Assembly (NCBI GenBank): GCA_051294375.1
Contig: CM119265.1
Location: 2,273,397-2,337,396, forward strand
Direction of reading: 5' to 3'
DNA length: 64,000 bases
Source: Paraspadella gotoi
Taxonomy: Eukaryota > Animalia > Chaetognatha
Made by a program: the position numbers and the translations under genes. A model generated the notes under the pieces. It was not told the DNA's origin. It saw nothing but the letters and a program-made list of their open reading frames with translations, and did not search any database. The first letter of the stretch is position 1, and every line of letters starts with the position of its first letter. Of this stretch, positions 24,990 to 40,500 are shown piece by piece.

Positions 24990-25659
24990 CCTTTCCTCTC
25001 TTGTCTACTAAAATATGCCTTTCTATCCTTTGTTTAATTCTTTAGTTATTAAAATTCTTATTTCTCAATTATCATTATAATTTCCCCATTTCCTTGTTAA
25101 GATCTTTTTTTTATAATTATTTTTTATTTTCCGCGACTTATTTTAAATTCCATCTAGAGATTCGCCGCCGTTGAATTATTCCATGTAGGAGGTCCCACGG
25201 AATTTCAATTACATCCCTCCAGTCCGACCGAGTTCTTTCATTTGTACGTCCTTCTGTTTTCCATGTATCTTCAATTACATCCCTCTCTCCCGCTCTGTCT
25301 TATTTTAACGAAATAATTCGATTCGGATAAACAAAAAGTTTTTGGTATTTTTAGTAAAATACTCATCGCAAACAAAATGGCCTTAAATTTCGATAATGCC
25401 TATTCCATGATTTTTTTAAAAATAATTCATACAAAGAGGATTTTTACATACATAGGTTGCTTTTACAATTAACTTTTGGTAACATTTTTAAAAAAAATTA
25501 GTTATTTAAAAATAACAGTTTTTTTGATGACGATTTTTTCGTTAAAGTCAATATATTTTTACTAATTCAAATTGGCAAAGTTATCTCATTGGTGGATTAA
25601 GGGAATTAATCCGATTATGCAACTAAAACATTCTTTGAAATATTATACCACTTCATTGA

Positions 25660-25812
25660 TAAGGAAGCCAGGTACTCTGGGAGTGAATGAACGAGACTGT
25701 GAGAGTCTTGATTGAAAGCTTGCAGAAACCTGCTATGTCATTATCTTGTAAGAGTGATGGAGGACTTAAACCACAAAAGCCTGTCCAAAGTCAGGGACAA
25801 CATACCTTATTT
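25660..25812 (+). repeat. Unclassified dispersed repeat; inverted copies at ~36000-36140 and ~36650-36785
   Basis: Shared core gagagtcttgattgaaagcttgcag..acctgctatg..cattatcttgtaagagtgatggagg. Confidence 0.7.
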
Positions 25813-26865
25813 TTTAAATGAATGGATAATATTTATGTTGGTAGTACCAATTTCATAACTCTGTAACATTGTATTCCACAGCGTCCTTCAGTGCGGCAAG
25901 ACTGTTCGCAAATAAAATCTCCGTCGTTTGGCCAAAATAGATTTTGAGTTAGAATCGTAGTTCGCCTTTGGCCATCAACTCTCGACCCTAAATAATTAAT
26001 TTTTGTCCGTCACATCCTTATGATCCTTTTTAGTTTTTTTAGTTATGCATATTATATTTCCATTATAAAAAGATATTCTAGTGAGACACTGGCTCTATTT
26101 TCTAAAAACGCCCCAATATTGTAGCTTAATCCATGAACGGTAATTCAAACTTAGTATTTAACCTAAATTTGTTACTAAACCTCTAATCCAATCACTAACC
26201 CTAAATACTAACCTAACCTAATCTTTAACCCTAAATCCTAACCTTAAACCCTAATCCTAAACCCCAACCATTTAACCTTAAACCCTAAACGCCCTAAACC
26301 TAATCTTAAACTTAATCTTAAACTTAATCTTTAACCTAATCCCTAATCTTTCCCAATCTTTAAATCTAAAAATTAACATTAGGATGAAATGAGGAAAATA
26401 AAGCCGAGTCGTCTCCATTCTTTTTGATGTTGTCGTCGTCGTCGTCGTCGTTGTATTTCTTGTCGTCGTCGTCGTCGTCTTCATCATCGAGTGTTTCTCT
26501 TTCTTCAAACTCAATCAAGAGAAAAATCGATTTTCGATTTAAAAAAAAAGTTTTTTTTCAGGTGATGATGACGATCGACGCCATGACAGGCCGCTAACAA
26601 GGACGCCAGGCCGACAGGCCGCCATTGGGGAAACGCCAGTTGGCCAGTCCGACAGCCAGGACGCCTGGGAANNNNNNNNNNNNNNNNNNNNNNNNNNNNN
26701 NNNNNNNNNNNNNNNNNNNNNNNNNNNNNNNNNNNNNNNNNNNNNNNNNNNNNNNNNNNNNNNNNNNNNNNNNNNNNNNNNNNNAACCGCCTGGCTCGAT
26801 CAAGGCCACCAGGACGCCACGGCCGCGTTCGCGGGTTAGAAATCAGGCGCTTCATCGCTTTTAAT

Positions 26866-29010
26866 TATTTCTTGGCTCCATAGAAACTTGCATGTGGAAT
26901 CCTGGCACACCAAAATACGCGTCACTACAGAATTCTGGCTCAAACTTAGGTAGAATTTGTGAAAAGCTAAACCGTGAAACGAGACCCTGAATTCACTGGA
27001 GTAAGAGAGTAAGTCTCTGGTCTTTCTTATGTCTGGCCAACCGAATCTGCAGTATGAATCAAGCACCTTTGAAATCCTGCCGAGATTGAATATGGTTTAT
27101 GAAACCTATAAATCTCGATCCGATACAACGAATGATAAACTTTTTTTTTTTGGCATCCAAAGCATGGAGGCTTTCTCCGACTTCTCTCCATTTCGATGGC
27201 AACTTTGTCCGTTTGACAGTGCAAGTGGCAGTGGGCAAGAGTCCACACACGAGATTCACTGAACTATTAGATGTATCAACTGACTGCGACAAGGCTTTAC
27301 TATTGTATTTTGCATCAATGCACTGATGATAAACTGCGCAGACGCAGATGGTAAACGTTGCGTGATGGCCATATGATAAAATGGCGGGATTGGCACAATA
27401 AAAAATGGCCGCGTATTGCTCAAAATGAATAAAGCACTGGCGAGATGCGCCTGAAATGGCGTGCAATAATAATTGGCGCGATGCATTGTAAACGATGAAT
27501 GTAAAGCGCTAGGCAGAAATGGATGACCTTTTAAATTACCCACATCACTCCAAAATAAAAATCAACTCCAAGTCAGTGAATTTTATCTCTCTTCTTTTTT
27601 GATAAACTGGCGATGGATGACCTTTTAATTACCCACTCCATTACTCCACTCCAAAAAAAATCAACTCAATTCAGTGAATTTAAACTAAGGAGAATTTTTT
27701 ACTCAGCAGATTTTAAAAAATCACAAAAAAGAAAAAAAAAAGTCGCAATGAAAATGAGAAAAGAATAACGATTATGAGCCGAACGAACAAATTGACATAT
27801 ATTGAGAAAATGATGAACTGATTAATCAAAGAAGAATTGACAATTTGATAGAATGAGAAACAGACGAAGATAAAAAAATTTACAAAATGACAAATGAAAC
27901 AAAGTACAGAATGACAAATGACGGGAAGGACAAATACAAATGAGACAAAGGACGGAATGTCAAATAACGGGAAGGACAAAGACAAATGAGACAAAGGACA
28001 GAATGACACATGACGGGAAGGACAAAGACAAATGAGACAAAAGACAGAATGACAAATGACGGGAAGGACAAAGACAAATGAGACAGAGGACAACAACTGG
28101 AGAATTGCGTGAACCGGATTTTCTCTTGTCTCAAATCGATAATACTCTCTCCCCCGATGCGCGTGTTGGTCGTCTCTCTCTCNNNNNNNNNNATTTCTTG
28201 GCTCCATAGAAACTTTGCAATGTGGAATACTGGCAACACAAAATACGGTCACTACAGAATTCTGGCTCTAACTTAGGTAGAATTTGTGAAAAGCTAAACC
28301 CGTGAAACGAGACCCTGAATCACTGGAGTAAGAGAGTAAGTTTCTGGTCTTTCTTACTGTCTGGCACAACCGAATCCTGCATTATTGAATCAAGGCACCT
28401 TGAAATCCTTGCGAGATTGAATACTGGCTTTATGAAACCATAAAATCTCGGCATCCCGATAACAACGAATCGAATAAACACTTTTTTTTTTGGCACCAAA
28501 GCTGGAAGCCTCTTCTCCGACTTCTCTCCATTGAGGCAACTTTGTCCGTTTGACAGTGGCAAGTGGCAAGTGGCAACGATCCAACACCACGAGATCACCT
28601 GAAACTATTAGAATCGTATCAACTGACTGGCACAAGGTTTACTATTGTATCTTTGCACAATCGCACTATGATAAACTGGCGAGACGGCAGAATGGTAAAC
28701 TTGCGTGATGGCACAATGATAAAATGGCGCGATGGCACAATAATAAACTGGCGTGATGTCAAAATGATAAACTGGCGAGATGGCACAATGGTAAAATGGC
28801 GCGATGGCACAATGATAAACTGGCGATGGATGACCTTTTAATTACCCACTCCCTCCAAAATAAAAATCAACTCAATTCAGTGAATTTAAACTAAGGATAA
28901 TTTTTTACTCAGCAGATTTTAAAAAATCACAAAAAAGGAAAAAAAAGTCGCAATGAAAATGAGAAAAAAATAACGATTATGAGCCGAACGAACAAATTGA
29001 CATATATTCC
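26866..29010 (+). repeat. Direct duplication (26866-~27800 and 28193-~29010) across a 10-N gap, containing a 24-bp minisatellite (gatggcacaatgataaactggcgc, ~28665-28830)
   Basis: Both copies start tttcttggctccatagaaac and are colinear, with indel-dominated differences. Confidence 0.85.
27720..28182 (-). mobile_element. Same element, short copy (~4 units of the 46-bp repeat)
   Basis: Reverse complement of both conserved ends of 48300-50320. Confidence 0.8.
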
Positions 29011-32000
29011 AATGTCTAAAGAAGACGTCTGGGGGTCTCGTAGAACGAAACAGATATTGCTCGGAAGTCGCTGTTTCTTCCTTCGTCGGCAACAAGCGTA
29101 TGAGAAGAGAGGAGAGAAAGAGAGATGAAGGAGAGAGAGAAAGAGAGAGAGAGAGAAGAGAAGAGAGAGAGCAGAAAGAGAAGAGAAAGAGAGAGACGAA
29201 GAGAGAGAGAACTCGAAGAGAGACGAGAGAGAAGAGAAGAGAAGTAGTGAGATCCGAAAGTCTTCCGTTGAACCATTCAGAAATCCCGGGGAAAGCGAAG
29301 AATAGCAAGAAGGCGTATTATAAAACGCCGAGAGTAAAGCAATACAGCTTCATGGAAATCGTCAATAGTCGCTCGAAGTCGACGTGGGAGAAGAATGGAC
29401 CAAAAAGTATTATTTTCATATTTTTAATTATGGATTGAGTTGGTCGAACGATTACCTTGATATTTTTAGTCTTGTTATCTTTTTATTTGTTTTCTTTCGT
29501 TCATATGAAATATGTTAGTAGAATAATTAATGAATTCTTCAGGGAGCAAGATAGTAATTTAAATTTAGCTTCAAAAAGATAATAGTAAAAATTATATATA
29601 TGACATTGAAAATAATCCAGTAGTAAAAGTTAGAAAATTACAAGTTGAATGACTTCGTAATATGAGTTAAATCGTAAAAAAAAAAAATAAAAATAAAAAA
29701 AAAATAAAAAAAGCAGTAAAACTGGTTGAACGTATTGTCTCGGCTCTCGAGTTGTTATCAAGCAGGCCAAAATAAAAAAACAGCATAACGTAAAGTGACC
29801 GGGGAATTCCGCTCGATCGAGGTACAAAATGACGTCACGATCGAATGCGAAGGTTTCGCTCTTTTCTTCGTCATTCGATCTCAGAACGACGACGACGAAT
29901 GACGACGACGACGTGACGACGACGACGACGACGACAACGACGACGCACCGACGACGACGACGATGGCAAAACAACCTTTCGGCAATGGAAACGTATATAG
30001 ACATAAAATAGAGGATCGGGACAGCTTCGTCACAGGTTGCGTAAGATGACGGCAATTGCTATTATGAGCATCAGCACGGCGACGTCGCACCGCCTTTCTT
30101 CACGCCAGTCTGCACTGGAGAAGCGAATATAAGCGTGCAATACTTGAGCGTCGCGCTTTGTAGCGTGGCACTACTTGGCAGTATGTCGCGCTGCCTTAGC
30201 GCGGGCTATTCCGTCGGCTCGCGCGGCCGTCGAATTGCGTCTCCGTGATACAAGTAGTAAGGGCTGCGCGTTCGTTTAACGGCCGCGTACAGTCGGTCTT
30301 CCGTTCCGCCCAAGCTCCGACGATGACCACGACTACACTCGACGTGCACTGACGTAGACACTCACGTGACACTGCGACGTCGACACTCCGACCGTGACAG
30401 CTGCTGGTATCATCTTCATCCGACGGATGCATATCAAGACGAACTGGTCTCGTATAATCTGTTTAGACATGTAGAAAGTGTAAGCACCATTTGGTCAATA
30501 CACGCTTACGTCCCGACCAGAATACGCGAATCCGCTGAAATGGCGATCTGGGCGACGGAAAAGTGAGATTAGAAATTTACCGCGCAAGCATGGAGTTTAC
30601 AGCGACTCAAATTTGTCAGATCTGTGAAACCCAGTGAATTATGTTGAAAAGCAATGATATTCAAGAGATTAATCCCCAAGAATTATGAAAAACGAGAAAA
30701 GAGTAAAGTAAATAAGAAAAGAAAAGAGGAATAGGAACCAGAGAAAGCAATAAGAAAAAGAAACACATGAAAAAGAAAAGACACTAGAAGGAACAGAAAA
30801 AAATAACAGATAGAAGATAATAGAACTCTAAAAGGTATCAACTAAGTGGAATCGAATAACTAATGAAACCACCCCAAGAAAAAAACTTGTGGGTGACCAC
30901 CCAAGAAAAGAATAAAAGCGCAAAGGCTGATACATTGTTAAAGGTTAAGATTACACTTAGGCCGCCACGTTGTCCGCCTTAGCGTTCCTGAGTTCCCTCA
31001 CAGAGCCGAAATGCACACAATCCTAGCGATAGAAGAGAAACGAAATGATGAAGTAGAGATGATCGAGAGATTAGAAAGTGACGCAAAGAAACTCGTAGAG
31101 ATCGACAAACATCATGTAGAGATTGATCGCTCAGATCAATACCAATCAAATTGAATTAGAATACATATCGATCTCGGATTCCCGATTTCCACGCAAATAG
31201 GAGAGAGATTCCCACTGCTGGAGAGAAAAGTAATCTGGAATGTCGAAGTCGAAGCGTGGACCGGTGGTGGATGAATGAGAACCCGTGGTGGGCGATAGAC
31301 TTGACAAAGGACAACATGCCCGCCAGGGAGAATGAATATAGAAAGAGCCCAGCAGCATACTTAGAGTGAAGAGAAAGTGAAGGAAGAGGAAGGCGGGTGG
31401 GTAAGGCTGAAGGGGGCAGGGGATAATCAGATAAGACAAAACTCTCTTATTTTCTTTTTATTTCTTCCGCGGATGGTGTAATTAGAACGTTGATTTGCAC
31501 CTCGGCTACTCCCTCTATATCGCACCGAAAAAACAATCAAGCAGTCCGGCAACGTGTCCAGGCTCGTCCGCCTCGACATCCAAGGCCGCAGCACTTTGCC
31601 ATGTCCTCACAGGCGCCCTTAATCCGTTCCACCCGTCTCTGCTTCTCAGGCTTAGCGCAAACTGGCGAAAAGAAGAAAATTATGGTTGTAAGATTTTTAC
31701 GGACGCGGACTTCTTTGTTGTCATGAAGAATATGGGAGGCAGGAAACACCAATTGTCGTTACGTGAATATAATAAACCGCCATTTTGGATGGTTTGAAAG
31801 AATAACAAAAACAACGAACGAACAGATTTCCAACGACGACAACCAACGACAACGACGACAATGGACGACTCCCTCGGCCGAAAAACCATCATTAACTCCA
31901 AAGTTAGGGTTTTTCGTTGGGCGACTAAAAGTCATTGACTTTAACATGACGCAGAATTTTTTATTTCTGATGTTTTACATTTTTTTGTTAGATAATCGAA

Positions 32001-32214
32001 TAATTTTTTCGCATTACTATCATTAACCTGCGTGAATATTTGTAAATATAAAACAAGATCAATTCTGGTCACTCATGTTTCTAAACCTGGACTAAGTATT
32101 GATAATGAAATCTAACATTTACAAATTTAAATCTATACTTCAAAAGGATAAAAAAAACGGAATTCACAATGGGTTTGCGCCGCAGTGACTTTATTTTACA
32201 GTATTTCCCTTTAT

Positions 32215-32452
32215 CAAATCCGTTTTATTCCTTATAGTTTTAAGAATCCTGAAGGCGGCGCTAAGCATCTCTTAGCAATTGAGTTTCTTGTCTTAAAAAA
32301 ATGAGCAACCAAATAGCGCAAAAATAATATATGCATTTTAACGTAAGTGGGACAACCGACGACACGACATAAACCGACCCGTACCCAACCGGACCGACCG
32401 ACAGGCTTTACCAAAGTGACTGATAGAGTACTCGCCGACCAACTAAAAAACC
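32215..32452 (-). mobile_element. Third copy of Helitron-like family A
   Basis: cctgaaggcggcgc...aatgagcaac...gtgggacaaccgac...aaagtgactgatagagtactcgc...aactaaaaaa is the reverse complement of 16719-16960. Confidence 0.6.
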
Positions 32453-35400
32453 TTTTCTGCTTAACGACTCTGTACTAAATTAATTGTCTTCACTCTTCCT
32501 ATTACCGGACAGACTTACCGACATTCTTTCAAGTATCGAGCCGGATGTCAGTTCGCGACGACGACGACGACGACGACGACAAGAATTAAATTCACAATCG
32601 TTTCTTGGTAAAACATTCAACAACGGGAAACGAATCAAAGAATAGTTTTGTTTTATACAAACTTAATGTATAAAAATCAAAGTTAAAAACAAAAAGTATT
32701 CAAGAATCTTTGTTGTCTTGTTTTTGATTTTTGTTCGTACAGACTTCCCTCTCGACGCCAGAGTTTTAATTCAAAATCCGATCTAGTTGTGGTTTGTTAA
32801 TTTTGTTGTTGTCTTTCGCTATCGATTGTGATCGTCGGACGAATATCCAGAATCAATGAACTTTTTGAGACGTTCACCGGTGAAGACGAAACGGAGCGAC
32901 CAGATTTGACCACGACCACAAGACCGAAACAGAGGGAGACTGGCAGGAGAGGGTAGAGCAGCATCACAACAACTCGCGACACCCACTACCAGTACGCACG
33001 ACACCACGGAAACAAGCAACGAACCGACCGATAACACGAGACGAGACAAACGACCACGGACGACACGCACCCGCCACGAACACGAGCCACAACCGAACCC
33101 GGCTAAACACATCGAACCACAATGGATCTACGAGGACCACCGACCGAATATGGAGGCACCCACATTGCGGACCCGACGACAATGACGATTTAAAAAAAAT
33201 AAAGGATTTGAGCAACAATTTGACGGTTACGACCCACAACTCGCCACGACCACAACGAGGATCAACTTCACTACAACCCAAAGGGCACCAAGAGAGAACG
33301 ACTACAATACGACCACAATATGGACTCGCCGAACAAGACCACCATAAATTTGAAGAACGACCACCGAAATTGACCGACGAACTCTTTCAACAATTATCTG
33401 ATCGCCGACACCACATTTTAAACCATGGTCTTGACGGAACTGTCGCCCAATGACAATCTCGACGTAACAGAGAGATTGGTTACTGGGTATATATATATTA
33501 CATTAGGCAAATGTGCCTGAATGATAGCCCAACGTAACCAGGTCACATGAAAACTTTAGCCAACAGCGGTGCACAAGACTAAGATGTGACATGAAAGCGG
33601 GAACTGAGGATACTCTCCAGAGTTGGCGACATGCAGGAAAAGGGATCCGAGATTCGAATGTGTATTTAATCAATTGATGTTTAATTTGACAGAGACTTAA
33701 TTTCATTGAGTTTTGTGCACAGAGTTAATGTATTGGCTACAATTATTTATCGAGTTATAAAGTAATTGGAAAAAACTGAAACAAGACCACAAAGTTTTTG
33801 ATATCTGAGGTGTATAAGTTTCAAACATGTACTCTAAGCAAAATTGGCAACGAACAAACACCAAGACGGACTGCTTGAACAACGACCATCACACATCTAC
33901 AATGATCAAACAAGTCCAGGAATCCACAAAGTAACAACACGAAGGTCAGTTGAAAATCACTTAGTTAGTAACACAAAGGTTTGGGATAGATGACGCCATT
34001 CAGTGGAACAGGAGATAGAAAGAACACAAGAAAACAGGATATCTCAGTTATCTCAGTTTAATACTCGACACGTGGCCACAATGACTCTCTACACCTCCAT
34101 ATTTTCGAATCATATACATATAGTTCAAAACCAGGCGGCACCGATCCCCAACGATTGAACATAGCATAGACCTTAACAACAACGGGCAGGGAACCAAAAG
34201 AGTTGAGCCATCGCGTATCTATCAAATTTGAGCCAATCAGATGGGCCCAAACCTCTACCAGTAGAAAACAAGGCACGCGAACAACTAAACGCCACACTCC
34301 GACTCAGCGGACTAAACAGATAAGTCCGGAATGTGTAAATGAGGGAGGCGCAAAAACCATCTAATAATTAGGATATGGGGAGCGGAACGAGCCACACTAG
34401 GGAGACTGTAAACTCTCCACGGGCAAAATATGCCCAAGGCTCGGCAACAAGGGCAGAATGGACCCAGTAAATACGTGAAAAGTGGAGCGATGTTCATTCT
34501 GCTTCGGCGGGACGTTGACTTGACGGCTCCGCATTAACCAAGGACCATCTGTCTACTTAGGGTACAGATCAAAAAGTTACGCACGGATTACTTCTGCGCT
34601 AACCTTGCCTCGAGTAAAGATACGAGAGGAGGAAGAATGACGAAAGAACAGAAAAATTGCCCTCATAATTTTTCCCTCGATCAGTTCTTTTCCTCTGTTC
34701 TCTTCATTCTTCTACTCTTCTTCCCTTTTCCTCTCTCCAGTTTCTTCTTTTCGTTTTATTTTTCTCAGCTACGCCTCCTTAACTATCATTCTTTTTGTCC
34801 CTTCTTTCTTTTCCCATTATATATGCTACCTCCTTTTCGAACTTTTGTCTTAGTTCCCCTGTGGCCAATTTTTATCTTAATTGCCTTTAATTCGTAATTT
34901 CTATCATTCAAAGCATGAATGAAACCCCGGAAACAGAAGTCTGGACACATATCAAACCGTTTCGCCTTCGTTTTGATCACCTCTCGCTCCATGCATATAC
35001 CATTTTTTCCTCACTTTCTAGCCGCTTCTTCTCGAAATCTCTACTTCTTCTTTATTGCTCGACGCGATACAACAACAAACCCTCTACATCAAACAAACCA
35101 AATAGCGAAAATAAAGATGCCTCAGTTCTTGTTCCACGATCGCAAGATGACATCTCCGTCCTCTAGGCCCTCTTTTTCTACGCTCCTCTTTTGCTCTCTC
35201 TCATGACTCTACCGCTCCCTCTCCTGCTCATCTCTCTCTCTTCTCTCTCTCTTATCTCTCTTCTCTCTTCTCTCTCTCCTTCTCTCTCTGGCTCAGCTAC
35301 TCGCTACTACGTGGCTATCTCTCTCAAAAGGATCTTCTTTATTTTCCCCTTAACCCTCTCGTAACCCTCCCCTGTTCCTCGGTCGCACGCGCGTTGCGCA

Positions 35401-37464
35401 GTTTTAGTAAGGGGGCTCTAACTCGTTCTCATATACTTCAATCGATCTCTTATAACTCAATACCTCGTCTCCCTTCTCTGTTATTCTGTCTCCAAAAACT
35501 GCGATTGCTATTTTGAGGGGTGAATGACCGAGTTCCTGCGTTTATGCCTCTCTTCGCGACATCTCACCAGTTCCGTTACGGGTTTTCGTTTTCAAGATTC
35601 CAGCCTGAGATTCGAATACACCCGTGCTCTTTGAAACAGTTTCGCCCTTGCTTGGAGCTGCTCGTCGTTCGTGCTCTTCTCTCTCTCTTCTTCTCTCTCT
35701 CATCTCTCTCTTCTCTCTCCCTTCTCTCTCTCTTCTCTTTCTCTAGCCATTCATCAAACCGGAAAGGCAGCTTGGCTTCTCTGCCCTTCGTTGACTTTGA
35801 CCTACGACTCGGTGTCACCTAACCTTATTTTACACCTATAGGTCACCAAGTGGCATCAAACATGTAAGGCGCATCAACTCAACAGTTTGATTACCAATTG
35901 CAAAGGCTGGTTTAGCATTGAGCCCAATTCTTTGTCGTCGTTTAGCTTTATGAAATGGTACAACCAATATTCAAAAGATATCTGATACTTCATTTAACTA
36001 AAATAAGCTTTATCCTTGCCCCTGGATTTCTTGGACAGGCTTTGGTGGTTTCGTTTTCGATGGCCCTCCATCACTCTTACAAGATAATGAACCATAGCAG
36101 GTCCCTGCAAGCTTTCAATCAAGACTCTCTCACCGTTCCGTGGTTGATTTTCACTCTGTTTCAGTACATCTTTATGATAAACTCGGTTCTGGTGTTACTT
36201 ACATCTTTCTTATCAATGAGTCGTTAGTTGCGGATAATTTATTTTTCTACGTATATGGCTCATGCTCTGTTTGTATGTAAATTCAATGACTACTTTCTCC
36301 TTAAGTATTTAATTTGATCTGGGATTATTCATACTTATAATTGGATATTATATCTCTCAGATTCATAAAAGCATCGAAATAATAAATTATCAGAAACCAA
36401 ATCGAATATGATCATTAGGCGTTTTCCTCTCTCGACAACAATAAAAAAAAAAATTTTAAATAAGGGAGACAGAAGGTCTGGATCATCATGGACAGAATTC
36501 TTTATGAAATATCTTGGTTACCACTGTCCCATACACCTCACATGGACAATCAATTATCCATTCATTTATTAGAAATAAGCTATTTCGTTGCACCTGTGGA
36601 CACGTGATTAGGCCCTATATTTGCGGACTCACGCACGTTCCTATGCGCCCTGGTTTAAGGCCTCCATGGCACTCTTACAAAATGGACATGAACTATAGCA
36701 GGTCCCTCGCAAGCTCTTCAATCTCGGCAGGACTCTCTCACAGTCTGTCGTTTTTTATTCATCCCAGGGTACCTGGCTTCCCCTAAATCAATTTGAGAGG
36801 TGTTAATAATCACAATCCTTAAGAAGAAGAGGGTTTCAATTGTACGTCATAGGAAAAAGACCACCTCCATTAGGTATTCATAGACTCGCCGAGGGTCAAT
36901 ACTACTCGTCATGTATCCTCCGCACTAAGCGTGGAGATTAATTCGCACACTCACAAAAAAACGGTACAAGGAGCTGAATTTTATGAAATTGGTACCTATT
37001 GTATTCCTCAACTCTCCAGACGCCGGTCGATTGGTAGTACTTCGTTGTAAATTCTGCGTGCTGTTGCATTTGTAGAAAGTTTAAAAACAAAAATTTCGTT
37101 GTAAGAGGTTACACAAGGAGGGAGGATATAAGAATTACATTGTGAGCCCTGCGATTTCTAAAGGTCTTGAATCAACCGAAAAAAGATTAAAATTAAATTG
37201 GCTCTCTGGTTGGAAATACATAGCTAAGGTACAAGCTGATCAAGCTTGACCGAACTTACCTCAAAGGCGTGAACCTAATATATATTAGTGTTGGTTTATA
37301 CAAAGATTGTAATTTGACACGTAGAAAACGTATCTCATCGGCAGTGCGTCTCTCGTCTCATTTGTCTCTCGTCTCTCTCCTTCTCGACTGCATACTTTAA
37401 ACAAAGGTCTTTCTCGGGAACTTCTACTTTTTAATCTCATCTATACATGCGACATCGCTCTCGG

Positions 37465-37501
<37 letters not shown>

Positions 37502-40500
37502 AACTCTGTCCCAACCCTCCACCCCCCGATTGAAAAAAAAAATATCATAATCAAGTGCTCGGAGAAACGGAGAAACTTTATGTCGTCCGAGTACTTTCTT
37601 CCCTTATCATAAGCAACCGGCGGAGGAGCTGGTTCCGCGATCGGTTAATGAGACTTTCCGGTCGACCTCTGATACTGGTCTCGCGGACTTTTCGCAACCT
37701 CGTACATTCTGGCTAATTGTTTGTCCCGTCTTTTCGTTTAATGGATGTCAGGACGGAGGAGACGAGCAAGACAAACCACGTCGCCGAGATAAGGCTGTTT
37801 GCGTTAGATAGATAATTTAACGGGGAGAGAACGTTTCGATCAAATCAGTTTTCGAACTGATTCTTTTCTCACGTCCTTCTGGTACTTGTCTCTTCCTCTA
37901 TTAACGGCATTGGAAACATTTATAATGAGACGAGTTAAACTTGAAGGGATAAAAAATATTAAAACATGGCTGCACATTTCTCATGAAATACGATGCGGTA
38001 AAAGTTTTGAATTTGGACCGTGCTTGGGAAGAAATACAAATAAGTGTAATTGATTAGAGAAAGTGGTTTTTAGTTTTCCCGCGCGATGAAATTGGTACAA
38101 ACCAACTACCAACTTAAAATATTATTTCCATTTCTCCATCGGTCTCACAGCATAAACTATACTATACTAACTTGCTCTTCTCTCTCTCTCTCTTGCTCGT
38201 CTATGGCTCCTCTTGCTCTTCTGCTGTTTCTCATAACTCGTCGTCCTCCATCCATCCTCTTTACGCTCATCCTCTCTGCTGCGCCATTACATTGTACCTC
38301 TCACTCAGGTACTGGTCCCCTTGCTACTATTGCTTTTCAATATCAGGCCACCCTCTCCTCACTAGGTCTCTCGACTTATTTCTCCACCTCCTTTACAGTG
38401 GTGGAGAATAAATTAAACAGCCGTAAAAGGCGGCCAGAATCTCTGCTTCCGTTGAACAAAACAGACGTCATTAATGAGTTGCTACTAGGATATCGGAGGG
38501 CTGTCGGATCTAGAGAAGACTAGGATCGCAGGATGGATCAAAGAGAAGAGGGAAATAGGAATATCGGGGCGTCGAAAGAACGGAGGAAAAAAGGAGAAAA
38601 GCGGAATCGAACGGAGGGAATAGGGGGGGAAAAAGATAAAGAAAAGCGGAGATCCGAATGGAGGAAAAAGGAAAAGTGGTAGATCGAACGGTAAATGTGT
38701 GAATAAAGGACAAAAAGAAAGAAAATAATAATGACGACGTGCAGAACAGGTCGACGAATGGCATGTGAGCATATAAAAAGGAACGAAAGCGGAGATATCA
38801 AGAACGGAGGCGTAACAAAAAAAAAAGAAAGCGGAAACGAAGAAAGATCGAAACGCGACCAGGTGACAAAGTATGGATCAAACATTGCAGATGATTAAAA
38901 TTTCTTCCGCGAGGACCGTGACAAAAATTTTACGAAACGGTGAGGACATCTCGAAAATTTGATTAACTAAGGAGAAACAGAAACGTCTTTATGTGATTTG
39001 TGTTTAAATAAAAGGTCGACGGAAAAAAAATAGCAGTAAAAGACAAAAGAAAAAAATCCATCGATACGAAGCAGTGAAATGAATAAATAGAAAAAAAAAT
39101 GAAGCGCGAGAAATGTAGAGGGGGAGAATTCGAAAAGAAAAAAAAAGCGAAAGCGGAGATGCGGTTATGGATGGCGACAGGAAGATTACTAGATGAGAAA
39201 ATCCAGGCGGTGAGATCCAATATCGGTAGGATAAAAGAAAAGAAAATCGGGATCGAGAGAAAGAATAGAGAGAGTATACTAAGGAAAAGAAAAGTGATTG
39301 GAGTCGAAATAGAGGATTACGATAGAAAATGAAAAAGAGTATTGCTGAGAAAGTGGGCGAAACATGCCAAAACAAAGGAAAAAAAGACAAGAAAAGCGGA
39401 AGTATGCAATGGAGGAAGGAAGAAAAGAGGAGATCCAAACTGAGGGGAAAAAAAAGATATCATGAGAAATGCGTAACAGGAGAATTCGAAACACGTGGGG
39501 ATAAAGAAAAGAATAATAAACGATGCGAAAACCGGGGGAATAAAAGAAAAAAAAAATTGAGATAATCGAATAAAAATTTTTTAATAATTTACTAGAGTTT
39601 CAAAAAAAAACCCAAGATTTTTAATATTTGCAAAAATATATTCGGCCATTTTCGTGTAGACACAAAACGATAGTGAACGAAGAAAGAAAAAAAAGACCTA
39701 ATTAAAATCTAAAAGGATACACTCTTTCCTTATGCGCAGTTAGAGAGCAAAGCCCTGTGAGGAGAAGAGGAATATAAAGACCCTTAAGTTCATAAACTTG
39801 CTCGTGAAAAATGTGACGAATTATTGGGAATTCTCAGTCTCGAGCAGACGCACTCGAGACAGTTGTGATTGATTAAATAAAAGATAAAGGAAGACGAAAG
39901 TGGAAATATTTAAAAAGGGAAATGTAGTGCCCAGAGAGCGCGATCCGATTTCGGCAGACTCGAATGTATCTTCTGAAACATTTTCCCGCGTACTCGTTGT
40001 TACTAAACATTATACATCAAAATTTTTTCTCAATTTATTTTTCACGCACGGTGTTTTTGGGAAATCTAGTGTTTCTTCCAATTAGGTTATTTACCGTTAA
40101 AATGTTAACCTTTATTATTGTTTTTTTAAAGTTTTGTTTACTATTTTTATAAAAAAATTAGAGTTTTTATTTAACGTTCTGCTCAGTAATTCAGTTTTTT
40201 ACGTACAAATGTTTCTTATGTTAGACAGTTTAATAAATATGGCGTGATTATTATTTGAACTTCAATGTTTCTTCTCCCTACTTATTTCATCAGTTAAGTA
40301 TAATAATATGCATCTAGTATAAAAAATCTACACTTTTAAATTATTATCAAAACTAAAATTAAAGTAGTAACTTGTTTATAAGAATTATATCTCAAAGTAT
40401 TTTTAGCCGATCTTATCTTAATTCCCTCCTTTATAAATTTTATTCACTAATATATCTTTTGGGCGCAAATCGTAACAACATAGCAATTCAGTGAACGACA

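Noticed and set aside
29630-34560. Additional protein-coding gene or transposase in the GC-richer patches
   Set aside because: No recognisable motifs or consistent splice-compatible frames; sequence noise means it cannot be excluded.
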